Virus record (IMG/VR): IMGVR_UViG_3300035670_007376
Location: 18,905 to 82,904 of that record
Source: a virus
Taxonomy: Duplodnaviria > Heunggongvirae > Uroviricota > Caudoviricetes
Strand: one strand, 5' to 3'
Length of the DNA stretch: 64,000 nt
How positions within the stretch are numbered: position 1 is the first letter of the stretch; each line of letters opens with the position of its first letter. Both the position numbers and the translations under genes were made by a program. The notes under the pieces were generated by a model. It saw only the letters and a list, made by a program, of their open reading frames with translations, was not told the DNA's origin and did not search any database. This document shows, one piece after another, positions 19,480 to 28,833 of the stretch.

Positions 19480-20126
19480 TGAAAATTGCATTATTAACTT
19501 CCGCCAGAAGTGGGTCAACCAGTTTATTTCATTTATTTGAGGAGATGTTAAATCCACATAATTATATTTGCATTTCTGAACCATTTAACTCTTTTTGGAG
19601 AGTTCCGTCAGGATTGAAATTATATGATACTTCATTTTTTGAAAAAAAAGAAAACATTTTTATCAAAACATTTATCAGCGATTTACAAATACCAAAAGAA
19701 TTTAAAGAGGATAATAATTTATATTGGGATTGGTTTTTTAGTTACTTTGATAAGGTGATTATTTTAGATAGAAAAAATAAAGACTTACAAAGTGAAAGCT
19801 TAACATATCATTTAAAAAGTAAAGATTTCTATAGTTGGCAAAAAAAACAATTTTACGATTTATCTAAAATAGAAAAAGAGGAAATTGAAAATAATAAAAA
19901 TATTTTAATACAAGAATCAAAAAAGAAATACCTTTTTTCACAAAGAGGATATCCTCTCTACTATTTTGAGGATTTATTCATTAATAAAAACATGGAAATA
20001 ATTGAAAGTTTGTTTAACTATTTAAATTTAGAACCAAAAAAAGACCTCATTGAAAAATACATAATTTCCGATTCATTTAAAATTAGAATTAACAGCAACG
20101 ACGAACGATTCAAATCTATTATATAG
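19479..20126 (+). CDS. sulfotransferase (tandem paralog)
   Basis: MKIALLTSARSGSTSLFHLF and ILDRKNKDLQSES. Same architecture as ORF 18964. Confidence 0.6.
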   Translation: MKIALLTSARSGSTSLFHLFEEMLNPHNYICISEPFNSFWRVPSGLKLYDTSFFEKKENIFIKTFISDLQIPKEFKEDNNLYWDWFFSYFDKVIILDRKNKDLQSESLTYHLKSKDFYSWQKKQFYDLSKIEKEEIENNKNILIQESKKKYLFSQRGYPLYYFEDLFINKNMEIIESLFNYLNLEPKKDLIEKYIISDSFKIRINSNDERFKSII

Positions 20127-20815
20127 TGGCGTCCAAAATTAAAAATATTGAACTTCTTTACAAAGTGTTTGGTGACAATGCAAAACATATTCTAAATAAA
20201 TTAGATAAAGAAAAAATTAATATATCACAAAGGTCGTCTAATTTTGTTTTAAAAGTTTCAAATTTAATTTCCAATTACGTTGATTTTATCCACGCAGGAG
20301 ATTTTTCATCTGTCAATGATAAAACAATTAACACAATTCAACAAGAATATGATGAATGGTTTAACTATAATAAAATAAACTATTCAAATATAACTAATTC
20401 GAACCAAGGAACTGTATTATTTGATTATCGAGAAAATGATATAGGTTATTATTGGGTTAATCTTAATACACATTACAGTGTTGACATGATGTTTAATATG
20501 AATAACTGTGGTAGAGTTGGAGTTGAACAAAATTTAGTTTTATTAAGAGAACAAAAGAATACTAAGGAAAATTTAATGCACGTTTTAATTGTTATAAGTA
20601 ATGACAATTTTATTGTACAAATAAAAGGAGTAGAAAATAGTAAACCAAACAATTTTTACGAACATATTTTCGATTTCCTATTAAAATATGAACCAATAAA
20701 CGGGTTTAAAGGAGTTTTCAATCCTAAAAATGATTTTTCACTATTGGATTTGAAAAGAGAAGATGTTGATGAATTAAAAAAGGTTAAACCACACTTATTT
20801 CAAAAAATAATATGA
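20126..20815 (+). CDS. hypothetical protein
   Basis: 229-aa ORF. Its GTG start overlaps the upstream stop. Confidence 0.4.
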   Translation: MASKIKNIELLYKVFGDNAKHILNKLDKEKINISQRSSNFVLKVSNLISNYVDFIHAGDFSSVNDKTINTIQQEYDEWFNYNKINYSNITNSNQGTVLFDYRENDIGYYWVNLNTHYSVDMMFNMNNCGRVGVEQNLVLLREQKNTKENLMHVLIVISNDNFIVQIKGVENSKPNNFYEHIFDFLLKYEPINGFKGVFNPKNDFSLLDLKREDVDELKKVKPHLFQKII

Positions 20816-21195
20816 CATATAGAATCGTTAAGACCAATAAAAAAGGTATGTCATTATTTAGTGAAATAAACTTAGAAAGTGGAAGTTTAATCGGGGAATA
20901 TATTTCAAGAACACCTAACAATATAGGTAAGAATATTATGGATTCGGGGTTATGGGAAAGTGAAATTTGTAGGTACGTTAACCATAGTTTTAACCCTAAC
21001 AGTGAGATATTTTTTGAGGGGGATGTTTGGAATCTATATTCAAAATCAAATATTAGTATTGGAGATGAAATTGTTGTTGACTATGTTGTTGTTGCATTAA
21101 AACTTGAATTACCTGAAAATATCTTTTATAACAAAAATTTTATTGAATTTAATCTAACCAATTTCGGTGAAATCTTACCCACAAAGTTGATTTAA
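20812..21195 (+). CDS. SET-domain protein (vSET-like lysine methyltransferase)
   Basis: RYVNHSFNPN matches the NHSCxPN motif and ISIGDEIVVDY matches GEELtxdY. The N-terminal KKGMSLFSEINLESGSLIGEY is the GrGlfA...G..I.EY region. 127 aa, like chlorovirus vSET. Confidence 0.65.
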   Translation: MTYRIVKTNKKGMSLFSEINLESGSLIGEYISRTPNNIGKNIMDSGLWESEICRYVNHSFNPNSEIFFEGDVWNLYSKSNISIGDEIVVDYVVVALKLELPENIFYNKNFIEFNLTNFGEILPTKLI

Positions 21196-21222
21196 TAGGT
21201 AAAATTATATATATTTTACTTA

Positions 21223-23940
21223 ATGAAGATATTAGCCCACGCACCGTTTATTGGAACAACAGGATACGCCAATCATGCACGTTCATTTTTTTGTGCATTA
21301 AACAAATATCATACCGTAAAAGTTCGTAATCTAACCATTGGTAATAGTTGGAAGGGAATGAATAATCGTCCACATGACGGAGAACCATATTTCACGGATG
21401 AAATTGGTGACATGTTAATTTTACAGACACTATACAATCAAGACGGGTCTAGAAACGACCATAATATGTACGATTATAAAGGTGACTTTGTTCCCGACGT
21501 CCATATTATCTTAATGGAGACCAATAATCATTATTTCTATGAAGAATATGAAGGTTATAAAATTGCATACAATGTATGGGAATCAACAAGATATCCTGAT
21601 GAATTCTTTAAAAGATTATTTTATTTTGACGAAGTTTGGGTACCGACTCAATGGCAATTTGATTGTTTAGTTGAACAAGGTTATCCAAAAGAAAAGATAT
21701 TCATTGTACCTGAAGGTGTGGATATCGAAACCTTTAAACCAATTAAAAAGTTCCCAAAAAGAGAAAAAATACGTTTTGTACATTTTGGTAGATGGGATTA
21801 TAGAAAAGGTACTACAGAAATATTACAAGCATTTGCAGAAGAATTTAAAGATGTTGACGATGTCGAACTTCTGGCATCAGTTGAAAACCCATATCCATAC
21901 GATGGAATGAACTCAACCGAAGAAAGAGTTAAACATTATGGTATCGATACCAAGAATATCAAGTTTCTAAATTTCCCATCAAGAGAAGAATATGTAAATT
22001 ATTTACAAACCGCACACGTATTTGTTTCGTGTGCTCGAAGTGAGGGATGGAATTTACCTCTAATTGAGGCAATGGCGTGTGGAACACCTTCAATATACTC
22101 AGATTGGGGAGGTCAACTACAATTTGCCGAAGGTAAAGGTGTTCCGGTTCAAATTAAAGGATTGAGACCCGCAAACATTGAACATAAGGAGTGGCCGGGT
22201 GAATATTGTGAACCGGACTGGGATGATTTGAAGAGACAGATGAGACAAGCGTATGATTACAATACTGCGATGTGGATAAAAGCAGTCGGAGACTCTAAAG
22301 ATATTCACGAAAAATTCAATTGGGATTCGATTGCTAAAGGTGCGTGTGAAATTTTGGAAAGAAACAAGAAACCATTTGCATTTGTGACAACAGGTAATTT
22401 AGGTTATATGCCCGTAATTGAAAAATTGGTACAATCATTACTAGAATTTTCAGAACAAAAGATTATAGTTTACGGTGTAGATTGTGATGTACCTTTCGAT
22501 TACCCCAATGTAATCAAACGAAGAATTGACCCACCAAAAATATCTGAACACGATAAGTGGTATTGGAAACAATATGCTTGTTTAGAATCACTAAATGAAG
22601 GATTTGAATATCTGATATGGATTGATGGTGATGTGGTTGTGAATCATAATATTGATACTGTTAGAAAATATTTTAATAAAGTAGGTAGATATCCGTTGTC
22701 AGATATTCATGTCCAAGAAGAATTCTTTGGGATGTATGATAATGGAAATAAATCACAATTATTCAACGAAGAACTTGCCAAAAAATGGGGAATAGAAAAG
22801 GGTCAACCATACATGCATATTTGTTTCTTTGTTTATAATAACGGTTCAAAATCACACTTCCTACAAATATTAACAGAATACCGAACGTTAATAAAGGAAA
22901 ACCCTAAAGATTACAGTAAGTATTTTTTATGGAACGATGAAGGTATTGATAATGCATTGAGATGGGTTAATGGTTATACTAATCATTTACCACTATCAAA
23001 TTTTGATACATCATCTTATGACGGTGATGAGGGATTTATTGATAAAACATTACATCAGTTTTATAAATTTTGGAACGAAGAGGGACCACAAAACTTTAAT
23101 AGAATATTCGGATACCAATACATACCGAAAGATAAATCACAAATCATTTATTTTCACGGAAATAAAAACGCGGAGATTTCAGATAAAATGATTGAATTTA
23201 TAAAAATGCAACGAGATAAATCGTTCTATAAATCTAAGTCATTTTACACTGACGTTTATAAAATAGAAAAATTTGATGATTTATATGAATACGAAGGTAG
23301 TACAATGCAAGTTGCAGAAAAATTTGGTTGGGCACCTGCGATATTCCATGAAATTTACAACCTTAGAGATTATTACAAAGATAGAGAAAAAAGAATACAT
23401 GAAGGGGACACCGTAGTAGATTTAGGTGGAAACATCGGAATCTTCAACAGATGGGCTTATAGTGAGGGTGCAAGTAGAGTAATATCATTTGAACCTGATA
23501 GAAGATACTTTAAACTATTATCATTAAACGCTGACCCACGTTCAATTCTTTTTAATGGTGCGATGTCTAATTCTGTTGGTGAGATAAGATTACACGAAAC
23601 CGAACATTTAGGTGGGTCCACAATATTAGGTGATAGTGATGATGGTTATTTAGTTAGAACATATACGTTAGATTATCTTTTTGAAAGTGGGTTAATTGAC
23701 AAGATTGATTTCTTAAAAGTGGACATTGAGGGTGCTGAACATTATGCAATCCAAGGAATAAGTGATGAAAACTTAATGAAGGTTAAAACAATATCAATGG
23801 AATACCATCACAGTCATTTTAACTACGATGAAACACTAAGACAAAATTTAATAGACAGAATGTTAAAATTAGGATTCAATTCTTATTTAATGTTTATGGG
23901 TTCAAATAATGCATTACAAATGTTATATTTCACAAGATGA
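21223..23940 (+). CDS. three-domain glycan-modifying enzyme: GT4 glycosyltransferase + GT-A-like domain + FkbM-family methyltransferase
   Basis: N-terminal third has SEGWNLPLIEAMACGTPSIYSD (GT4 EX7E region). The middle has a DxD-type domain (YLIWIDGDVVV). The C-terminus has VVDLGGNIGIF...VISFEPD...LKVDIEGAEHYAI (FkbM/Methyltransf_21). Confidence 0.65.
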   Translation: MKILAHAPFIGTTGYANHARSFFCALNKYHTVKVRNLTIGNSWKGMNNRPHDGEPYFTDEIGDMLILQTLYNQDGSRNDHNMYDYKGDFVPDVHIILMETNNHYFYEEYEGYKIAYNVWESTRYPDEFFKRLFYFDEVWVPTQWQFDCLVEQGYPKEKIFIVPEGVDIETFKPIKKFPKREKIRFVHFGRWDYRKGTTEILQAFAEEFKDVDDVELLASVENPYPYDGMNSTEERVKHYGIDTKNIKFLNFPSREEYVNYLQTAHVFVSCARSEGWNLPLIEAMACGTPSIYSDWGGQLQFAEGKGVPVQIKGLRPANIEHKEWPGEYCEPDWDDLKRQMRQAYDYNTAMWIKAVGDSKDIHEKFNWDSIAKGACEILERNKKPFAFVTTGNLGYMPVIEKLVQSLLEFSEQKIIVYGVDCDVPFDYPNVIKRRIDPPKISEHDKWYWKQYACLESLNEGFEYLIWIDGDVVVNHNIDTVRKYFNKVGRYPLSDIHVQEEFFGMYDNGNKSQLFNEELAKKWGIEKGQPYMHICFFVYNNGSKSHFLQILTEYRTLIKENPKDYSKYFLWNDEGIDNALRWVNGYTNHLPLSNFDTSSYDGDEGFIDKTLHQFYKFWNEEGPQNFNRIFGYQYIPKDKSQIIYFHGNKNAEISDKMIEFIKMQRDKSFYKSKSFYTDVYKIEKFDDLYEYEGSTMQVAEKFGWAPAIFHEIYNLRDYYKDREKRIHEGDTVVDLGGNIGIFNRWAYSEGASRVISFEPDRRYFKLLSLNADPRSILFNGAMSNSVGEIRLHETEHLGGSTILGDSDDGYLVRTYTLDYLFESGLIDKIDFLKVDIEGAEHYAIQGISDENLMKVKTISMEYHHSHFNYDETLRQNLIDRMLKLGFNSYLMFMGSNNALQMLYFTR

Positions 23941-24596
23941 GTACTTTAGATAAAATAGCGAAATCGTTCGGAACCGATAAATCTTCCGATAACCACAATT
24001 ACTGTGTTAAATATGAAAAATACTTACCATTTAAACGATATGATAAGTTAAATATTTTAGAAATTGGTGTGTTGGATGGTAAATCACTCCTAACTTGGAA
24101 AGAATATTACTACCGTTCTAACATATTAGGTATTGATATTAATCCTGATTGTAAGAAATATGAAGAGGATAGGATAAAAGTTGAAATTGGTTCACAGGAT
24201 GACCACGTTTTTTTAAATGATATCATGAGAGAATATGGTCCTTTTGATATGATATTAGATGATGGGTCACATATGAATGAACACATGATTTATTCTTTTG
24301 AACACTTGTTCCAATCCGTTAAATCGGGTGGTGTCTACGTAATTGAGGATATTGGTTGTTCCTATTGGTCTGATTATGGTGGAGGATACTTGAATCAAAA
24401 CTCGGCAGTTGAATATTTTAAAAGACTCTCTGATGATGTTAATTTTAGAGGGTTAATGAATATGAATCACACTAATGTACACGCAAGAAGAGAAGACGTA
24501 TTAGTTGAATTATCAAAACAAGTCCAACCAGGTTGTGTGACAAATATAGAATCAATAAACTTTCTAAATGGAATTATTATTATAACTAAACGATAA
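23937..24596 (+). CDS. class I SAM-dependent O-methyltransferase (CmcI/rhamnosyl-O-MTase-like)
   Basis: FGTDKSSDNHNY...ILEIGVLDGKSLLTWKEYY...ILGIDIN...MILDDGSH. Confidence 0.55.
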   Translation: MSTLDKIAKSFGTDKSSDNHNYCVKYEKYLPFKRYDKLNILEIGVLDGKSLLTWKEYYYRSNILGIDINPDCKKYEEDRIKVEIGSQDDHVFLNDIMREYGPFDMILDDGSHMNEHMIYSFEHLFQSVKSGGVYVIEDIGCSYWSDYGGGYLNQNSAVEYFKRLSDDVNFRGLMNMNHTNVHARREDVLVELSKQVQPGCVTNIESINFLNGIIIITKR

Positions 24597-26728
24597 TGGG
24601 ATATACTTTTGATGATGATGTTTTTATAATCGATTGTTGGTTGGATACAGAGGAAAAAGAGAAAACTCTTTTGAACTTAATAAATCGAGTTAAAATTTTT
24701 AACGTACCAATAATATTATGTGGACATTATCCTGTTAAACCGGAGATACAAAAAGAAGTTGATTATTTTTTATATGATAAGAATAATGATATTCTATTAG
24801 AAAAAGATTTTAACGAATACGGAGTTGTTAGTGATAGATGGACGATAATGAACAATTATAAAATCTTCAACAAAGTAGATTTCCATCATGACTATGCAAT
24901 ATGGATAACGATGAGAAATGCTTTTAATTTAGCAAAACAACTCGGTAAAAAATATATCCATTTTTTGGAATACGATAATTTACCCGACGAGGTACAATAT
25001 CGACAATCATTCATGGAATATGTTAGAAGTTTTGATGCGGTTGTCCTTGAGTATTCTGAAGGTTCCACCAAAGAAAGTCAACCATACAGTTCTACCTATA
25101 TATTTTCAATAAAGACCGATATTGCTGTCGAGTTAATTTCTAAGATTAACACTAAAGAGGAATATTTTAAAAATAGACCCAATGGATGGCAATTAGAGAA
25201 AGTTTTTTATCAAACGTTAAAAACAATAACGAATAATGTTTTTGTCAGTAAGTACATACCAAATGATGAGGAATTAAACATATATGCGGCTTGGAATAGA
25301 AATGGTATCTTAAGAAATGGTGCTCGTTTCCAAACTTATTTGGCGGTGGATAACCATAACAAACTTTACGTTCATTTTATTTCAGGGTTTTCCGAAAAGC
25401 CGGCCGATAAAGATTATCTTGTTGAGATAAATTACCATGACAGGAATCTTTTTTATAAGGTGGGTAAAGATACATATTCATTAGAATCATTAGGTGATTA
25501 TAAACAAGGAGAAACGGTTAAAGTTTTTTATCAGGGAGTTGAGGTATTCAAACAAGAGTTAAAAGACGATTTGGAAACATTTAAACGTAAGAACACTTTA
25601 GTTTGGAATACTGATAAATCCAATCTTAAAGTCAACATCAATTTTGTTGACGGACCATTTGTTGAGATTTTGAATGACATTGACTATAGATACTTAGTCC
25701 AATTTGTAGACAAAAAAAATGGTCAAATCGTTTATCAAACAGAACTTAGAAGTAACCATTGGGCCAAAGCTTCTCAAAAATATTATATCGAATGGGAAAT
25801 TAGAATCAAAGGAATTGATAACGATTACGAAGGTGTGTATCAATTCAACCCAAAAGGTAAAAGATTTTTAATAAGTTTTGAAACAAAATCATTGGGGGAT
25901 AACATAGCATTCATACCTTATGTCGATAAGTTTGCAAAGGAAAATGAATGTGAAGTAATTTGTACAACATTCCACAATGATTTATTTAAAGAACAATATC
26001 CTAATATCACTTTTGTTTTACCGGGTTCCACAGTTGATAATATATACGGTTTATACCGTTTAGGTATTTTTAATATTACAAATTCGGATAACACTAAAGA
26101 AATAAATTATGAATTCCACCCATATGACCCAATAAAAGAACCACTACAAAAAGTTGCGTCCGATATTTTAGGATTACAATATGAGGAAATACGACCTAAA
26201 TTACCAAAATTAGGTAAAAAAAAGAAAAAAATGGTGACCATTGCGGTTCACTCAACATCACAAGCAAAATATTGGAATAACAAAGGTGGATGGCAGGAGG
26301 TCGTTAATTATCTTAAATCCAAAGGTTATGAGGTTAGACTTTTATCCAAAGAAGAAGATGGTTACATGGGTAACATTAACCCCAAAGGAGTTACCCAACA
26401 ACCCGAAAGTACTGTTAGAGAAATATTAAAAACAATACAAGAATCTGAATTTTTTATTGGAATTAGTAGTGGTCTAAGTTGGTTGGCATGGGGTGGAGAA
26501 GTACCTGTTATTTTGATATCCGGATTCACAGACGTTTATTTGGAACCTTTTGAGGGTATCGAAAGAGTTATCAATAAAGAAGTTTGTCATGGATGTTGGC
26601 ACGTTTATGATTTTAATCCTGGTGATTGGTATTGGTGCCCCGTACATAAAAATACCGATAGACATTTTGAATGTTCAAAAGAAATCACACACCACAGTGT
26701 TATAGAGAAAATTGAAAAATTTTTATGA
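24596..26728 (+). CDS. two-domain protein with C-terminal GT9 (heptosyltransferase-like) domain
   Basis: C-terminus KKKKMVTIAVHSTSQAKYW...GISSGLSWLAWGGEVPVILISGFT matches the GT9 DSGpmHLAAAlGtPtvaLFG region. The N-terminal ~500 aa are unassigned. Confidence 0.5.
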   Translation: MGYTFDDDVFIIDCWLDTEEKEKTLLNLINRVKIFNVPIILCGHYPVKPEIQKEVDYFLYDKNNDILLEKDFNEYGVVSDRWTIMNNYKIFNKVDFHHDYAIWITMRNAFNLAKQLGKKYIHFLEYDNLPDEVQYRQSFMEYVRSFDAVVLEYSEGSTKESQPYSSTYIFSIKTDIAVELISKINTKEEYFKNRPNGWQLEKVFYQTLKTITNNVFVSKYIPNDEELNIYAAWNRNGILRNGARFQTYLAVDNHNKLYVHFISGFSEKPADKDYLVEINYHDRNLFYKVGKDTYSLESLGDYKQGETVKVFYQGVEVFKQELKDDLETFKRKNTLVWNTDKSNLKVNINFVDGPFVEILNDIDYRYLVQFVDKKNGQIVYQTELRSNHWAKASQKYYIEWEIRIKGIDNDYEGVYQFNPKGKRFLISFETKSLGDNIAFIPYVDKFAKENECEVICTTFHNDLFKEQYPNITFVLPGSTVDNIYGLYRLGIFNITNSDNTKEINYEFHPYDPIKEPLQKVASDILGLQYEEIRPKLPKLGKKKKKMVTIAVHSTSQAKYWNNKGGWQEVVNYLKSKGYEVRLLSKEEDGYMGNINPKGVTQQPESTVREILKTIQESEFFIGISSGLSWLAWGGEVPVILISGFTDVYLEPFEGIERVINKEVCHGCWHVYDFNPGDWYWCPVHKNTDRHFECSKEITHHSVIEKIEKFL

Positions 26729-26793
26729 GTCCTAGATAATTAGATACTTAAATACAATTGACGAGTATTTATATGGTATAATATAATATCTAG

Positions 26794-28830
26794 ATGAAAA
26801 TATTTGAACCATTTATTACGGGGTCTATTTCAGTATCTGGGTCGGCACATATCCAAGGTGATTTAACCGTTTTGGGGACGATAAATGCGACAATTAGTGG
26901 TACAACTTCCAATGCTATCAGTGCGTCATATGCGTCTAATGCAGATACAATAGACGGCATCGATTCTTCAAGATTGGCAACGACAGGTAGTAACACTTTT
27001 AGTGATGACCAAATTGTTACCGGCTCTATTAAGATTGATGGTGACTTATACATAAACGGAACACAGTATACAGCTGCAAGTTCCGGTACTTCAGGTACTT
27101 CAGGTACGTCAGGAACATCCGGTTCTTCGGGTAGTTCGGGTTCTTCAGGAACATCGGGTTCAAGTGGAACAAGTGGAACTTCTGGTTCTGATGGTTCTTC
27201 GGGAACAAGTGGAACATCAGGTTCTAGTGGTTCTTCGGGAAGCTCGGGTTCAGATGGTTCTTCAGGTACCTCGGGTTCATCAGGAACTAGTGGAACATCA
27301 GGTTCTAGTGGTTCTTCGGGTAGCTCAGGTTCATCAGGTAGTTCGGGGTCTAATGGTTCATCAGGAACATCAGGTAGTTCAGGAACAAGTGGAAGTTCAG
27401 GTACCTCAGGTTCATCGGGGTCTAGTGGCTCATCAGGGACATCAGGTTCTTCGGGAAGTTCAGGAACATCGGGTAGCTCAGGGTCTAGTGGGTCTTCAGG
27501 AACTTCTGGTACGTCAGGTAGTTCAGGAACATCTGGTTCTTCAGGAAGTTCAGGGAGTAGTGGAAGTTCAGGAACATCCGGCACTTCAGGAAGTTCAGGT
27601 TCTAGCGGTTCTTCGGGAACAGTAACATTATCGGGTACAACCGATAATGGTGTATTAACACTTAACGGGTCCTCACCAAATGTAACCGCAGAATCTAATT
27701 TAACATTTGACGGTACAACATTAACTGTTACGGGTGATATTTTAATAACTAATAATTTATTAGTCCAAGGTTCAACAACAAGTTTACAGGTTAATAATTT
27801 ATTAATTGAAGATAAATTAATAACATTAGCGAGTGGGTCAGCAACAGCGGCCGCCGCTAATGGCGCGGGTATCGAAGTGGTGGGACCGACAACGGCTGCC
27901 ACGATGACGTATGTTAATACCGATGATAGTTGGAATTTTAATAAGAAAGTTAATGTTCCATCACTAACCATCAATGGTACATCTTATTCTGCTGCCACTT
28001 CAGGTACATCGGGAACATCGGGTTCATCAGGTAGTTCGGGTTCATCGGGTACATCAGGTTCTAGTGGTTCAAGTGGTACTTCAGGAAGTAGTGGAACGTC
28101 TGGTAGTTCAGGTTCCAGTGGTTCGAGTGGTACCTCGGGTTCTAGTGGTTCTTCAGGAACTTCTGGTTCATCAGGTAGTTCAGGAAGTAGTGGAACTTCT
28201 GGTTCTTCAGGTTCTTCAGGAAGTAGTGGAACTTCAGGTTCCTCGGGAAGTTCCGGTTCATCGGGAACATCGGGGTCTAGTGGTAGTTCGGGAAGTAGTG
28301 GAACATCAGGGTCATCAGGAAGTTCTGGTTCATCAGGTAGTTCAGGTACAACAACGATAACAAATGCCGCTGAGGATAGAGTAATGACGAGTACAGGTGG
28401 TGTAGGGTTAAATGGTGAGGCTAACTTCACATTTAATGGTACCACCGCATACATTGCAGGAGCATTAGGTGTTGGAACTAATACCCCAACAACAACAGGT
28501 TTGATTAGAGCAACCAATGACGTTATTGCATATTATGGTTCAGATAGTAGATTAAAAGAAAATGTGACACCAATTTCAAACCCTATTGAGAAGATTCAAC
28601 AAATAGGTGGTTATGAATACGATTGGATTCCGATGGAAGGTATTCACGAAAATGAAGGACATGACATTGGGGTAATAGCACAGGAAATTGAATCAATATT
28701 ACCTGAAATCGTAACAACAAGGGAGAATGGTTACAAAGCGGTTAAATACGAAAGATTAGTTGCTTTACTTATCGAATGTGTTAAAGACCAACAAAAACAA
28801 ATAGATGAATTAAAATCTAAATTACAATAA
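26794..28830 (+). CDS. collagen-like (Gly-Ser/Thr-Ser)n tail-fibre protein with C-terminal peptidase-S74 intramolecular chaperone domain
   Basis: Two blocks of about 180 and 115 G-S/T-S triplets. The C-terminus SDSRLKENVTPI...GGYEYDWIP...GVIAQEIESILPEIV...YERLVALLIECVKDQQKQIDELKSKLQ is the S74 auto-processing chaperone domain. A terminator lies immediately downstream. Confidence 0.85.
   Translation: MKIFEPFITGSISVSGSAHIQGDLTVLGTINATISGTTSNAISASYASNADTIDGIDSSRLATTGSNTFSDDQIVTGSIKIDGDLYINGTQYTAASSGTSGTSGTSGTSGSSGSSGSSGTSGSSGTSGTSGSDGSSGTSGTSGSSGSSGSSGSDGSSGTSGSSGTSGTSGSSGSSGSSGSSGSSGSNGSSGTSGSSGTSGSSGTSGSSGSSGSSGTSGSSGSSGTSGSSGSSGSSGTSGTSGSSGTSGSSGSSGSSGSSGTSGTSGSSGSSGSSGTVTLSGTTDNGVLTLNGSSPNVTAESNLTFDGTTLTVTGDILITNNLLVQGSTTSLQVNNLLIEDKLITLASGSATAAAANGAGIEVVGPTTAATMTYVNTDDSWNFNKKVNVPSLTINGTSYSAATSGTSGTSGSSGSSGSSGTSGSSGSSGTSGSSGTSGSSGSSGSSGTSGSSGSSGTSGSSGSSGSSGTSGSSGSSGSSGTSGSSGSSGSSGTSGSSGSSGSSGTSGSSGSSGSSGSSGTTTITNAAEDRVMTSTGGVGLNGEANFTFNGTTAYIAGALGVGTNTPTTTGLIRATNDVIAYYGSDSRLKENVTPISNPIEKIQQIGGYEYDWIPMEGIHENEGHDIGVIAQEIESILPEIVTTRENGYKAVKYERLVALLIECVKDQQKQIDELKSKLQ
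27085..27621 (+). repeat. tandem 9-nt (GGN-WCN-WCN) coding repeat block 1, encoding (G-S/T-S)n
   Basis: Periodic GGT/GGA-ACT/TCT/AGT-TCA/TCG triplets of triplets. GC-richer than the surroundings. Confidence 0.85.
28003..28350 (+). repeat. tandem 9-nt coding repeat block 2, encoding (G-S/T-S)n
   Basis: Same degenerate repeat unit as block 1. Confidence 0.85.
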
Positions 28831-28833
28831 AAG

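Noticed and set aside
26729-26793. Sigma70-like TTGACG / TATAAT pair upstream of the fibre gene
   Set aside because: The spacer is only 13 nt, and the host-type promoters elsewhere are of Bacteroidetes form. Probably a chance match.
26790-27974. 394-aa minus-strand ORF encoding a PELPEVPDVPELP-type proline-rich protein, plus ORFs 27164..27625, 27974..28360, 27984..28517 and 27029..27217
   Set aside because: All are antisense or off-frame shadows of the 9-nt repeat of the fibre gene. The + strand frame is validated by the non-repeat N-terminus, the S74 C-terminal domain and the terminator.
27085-28350. CRISPR-like or non-coding satellite array
   Set aside because: The repeats are 9-nt, degenerate, in-frame and translate into a continuous G-S/T-S protein. 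No spacers are present.
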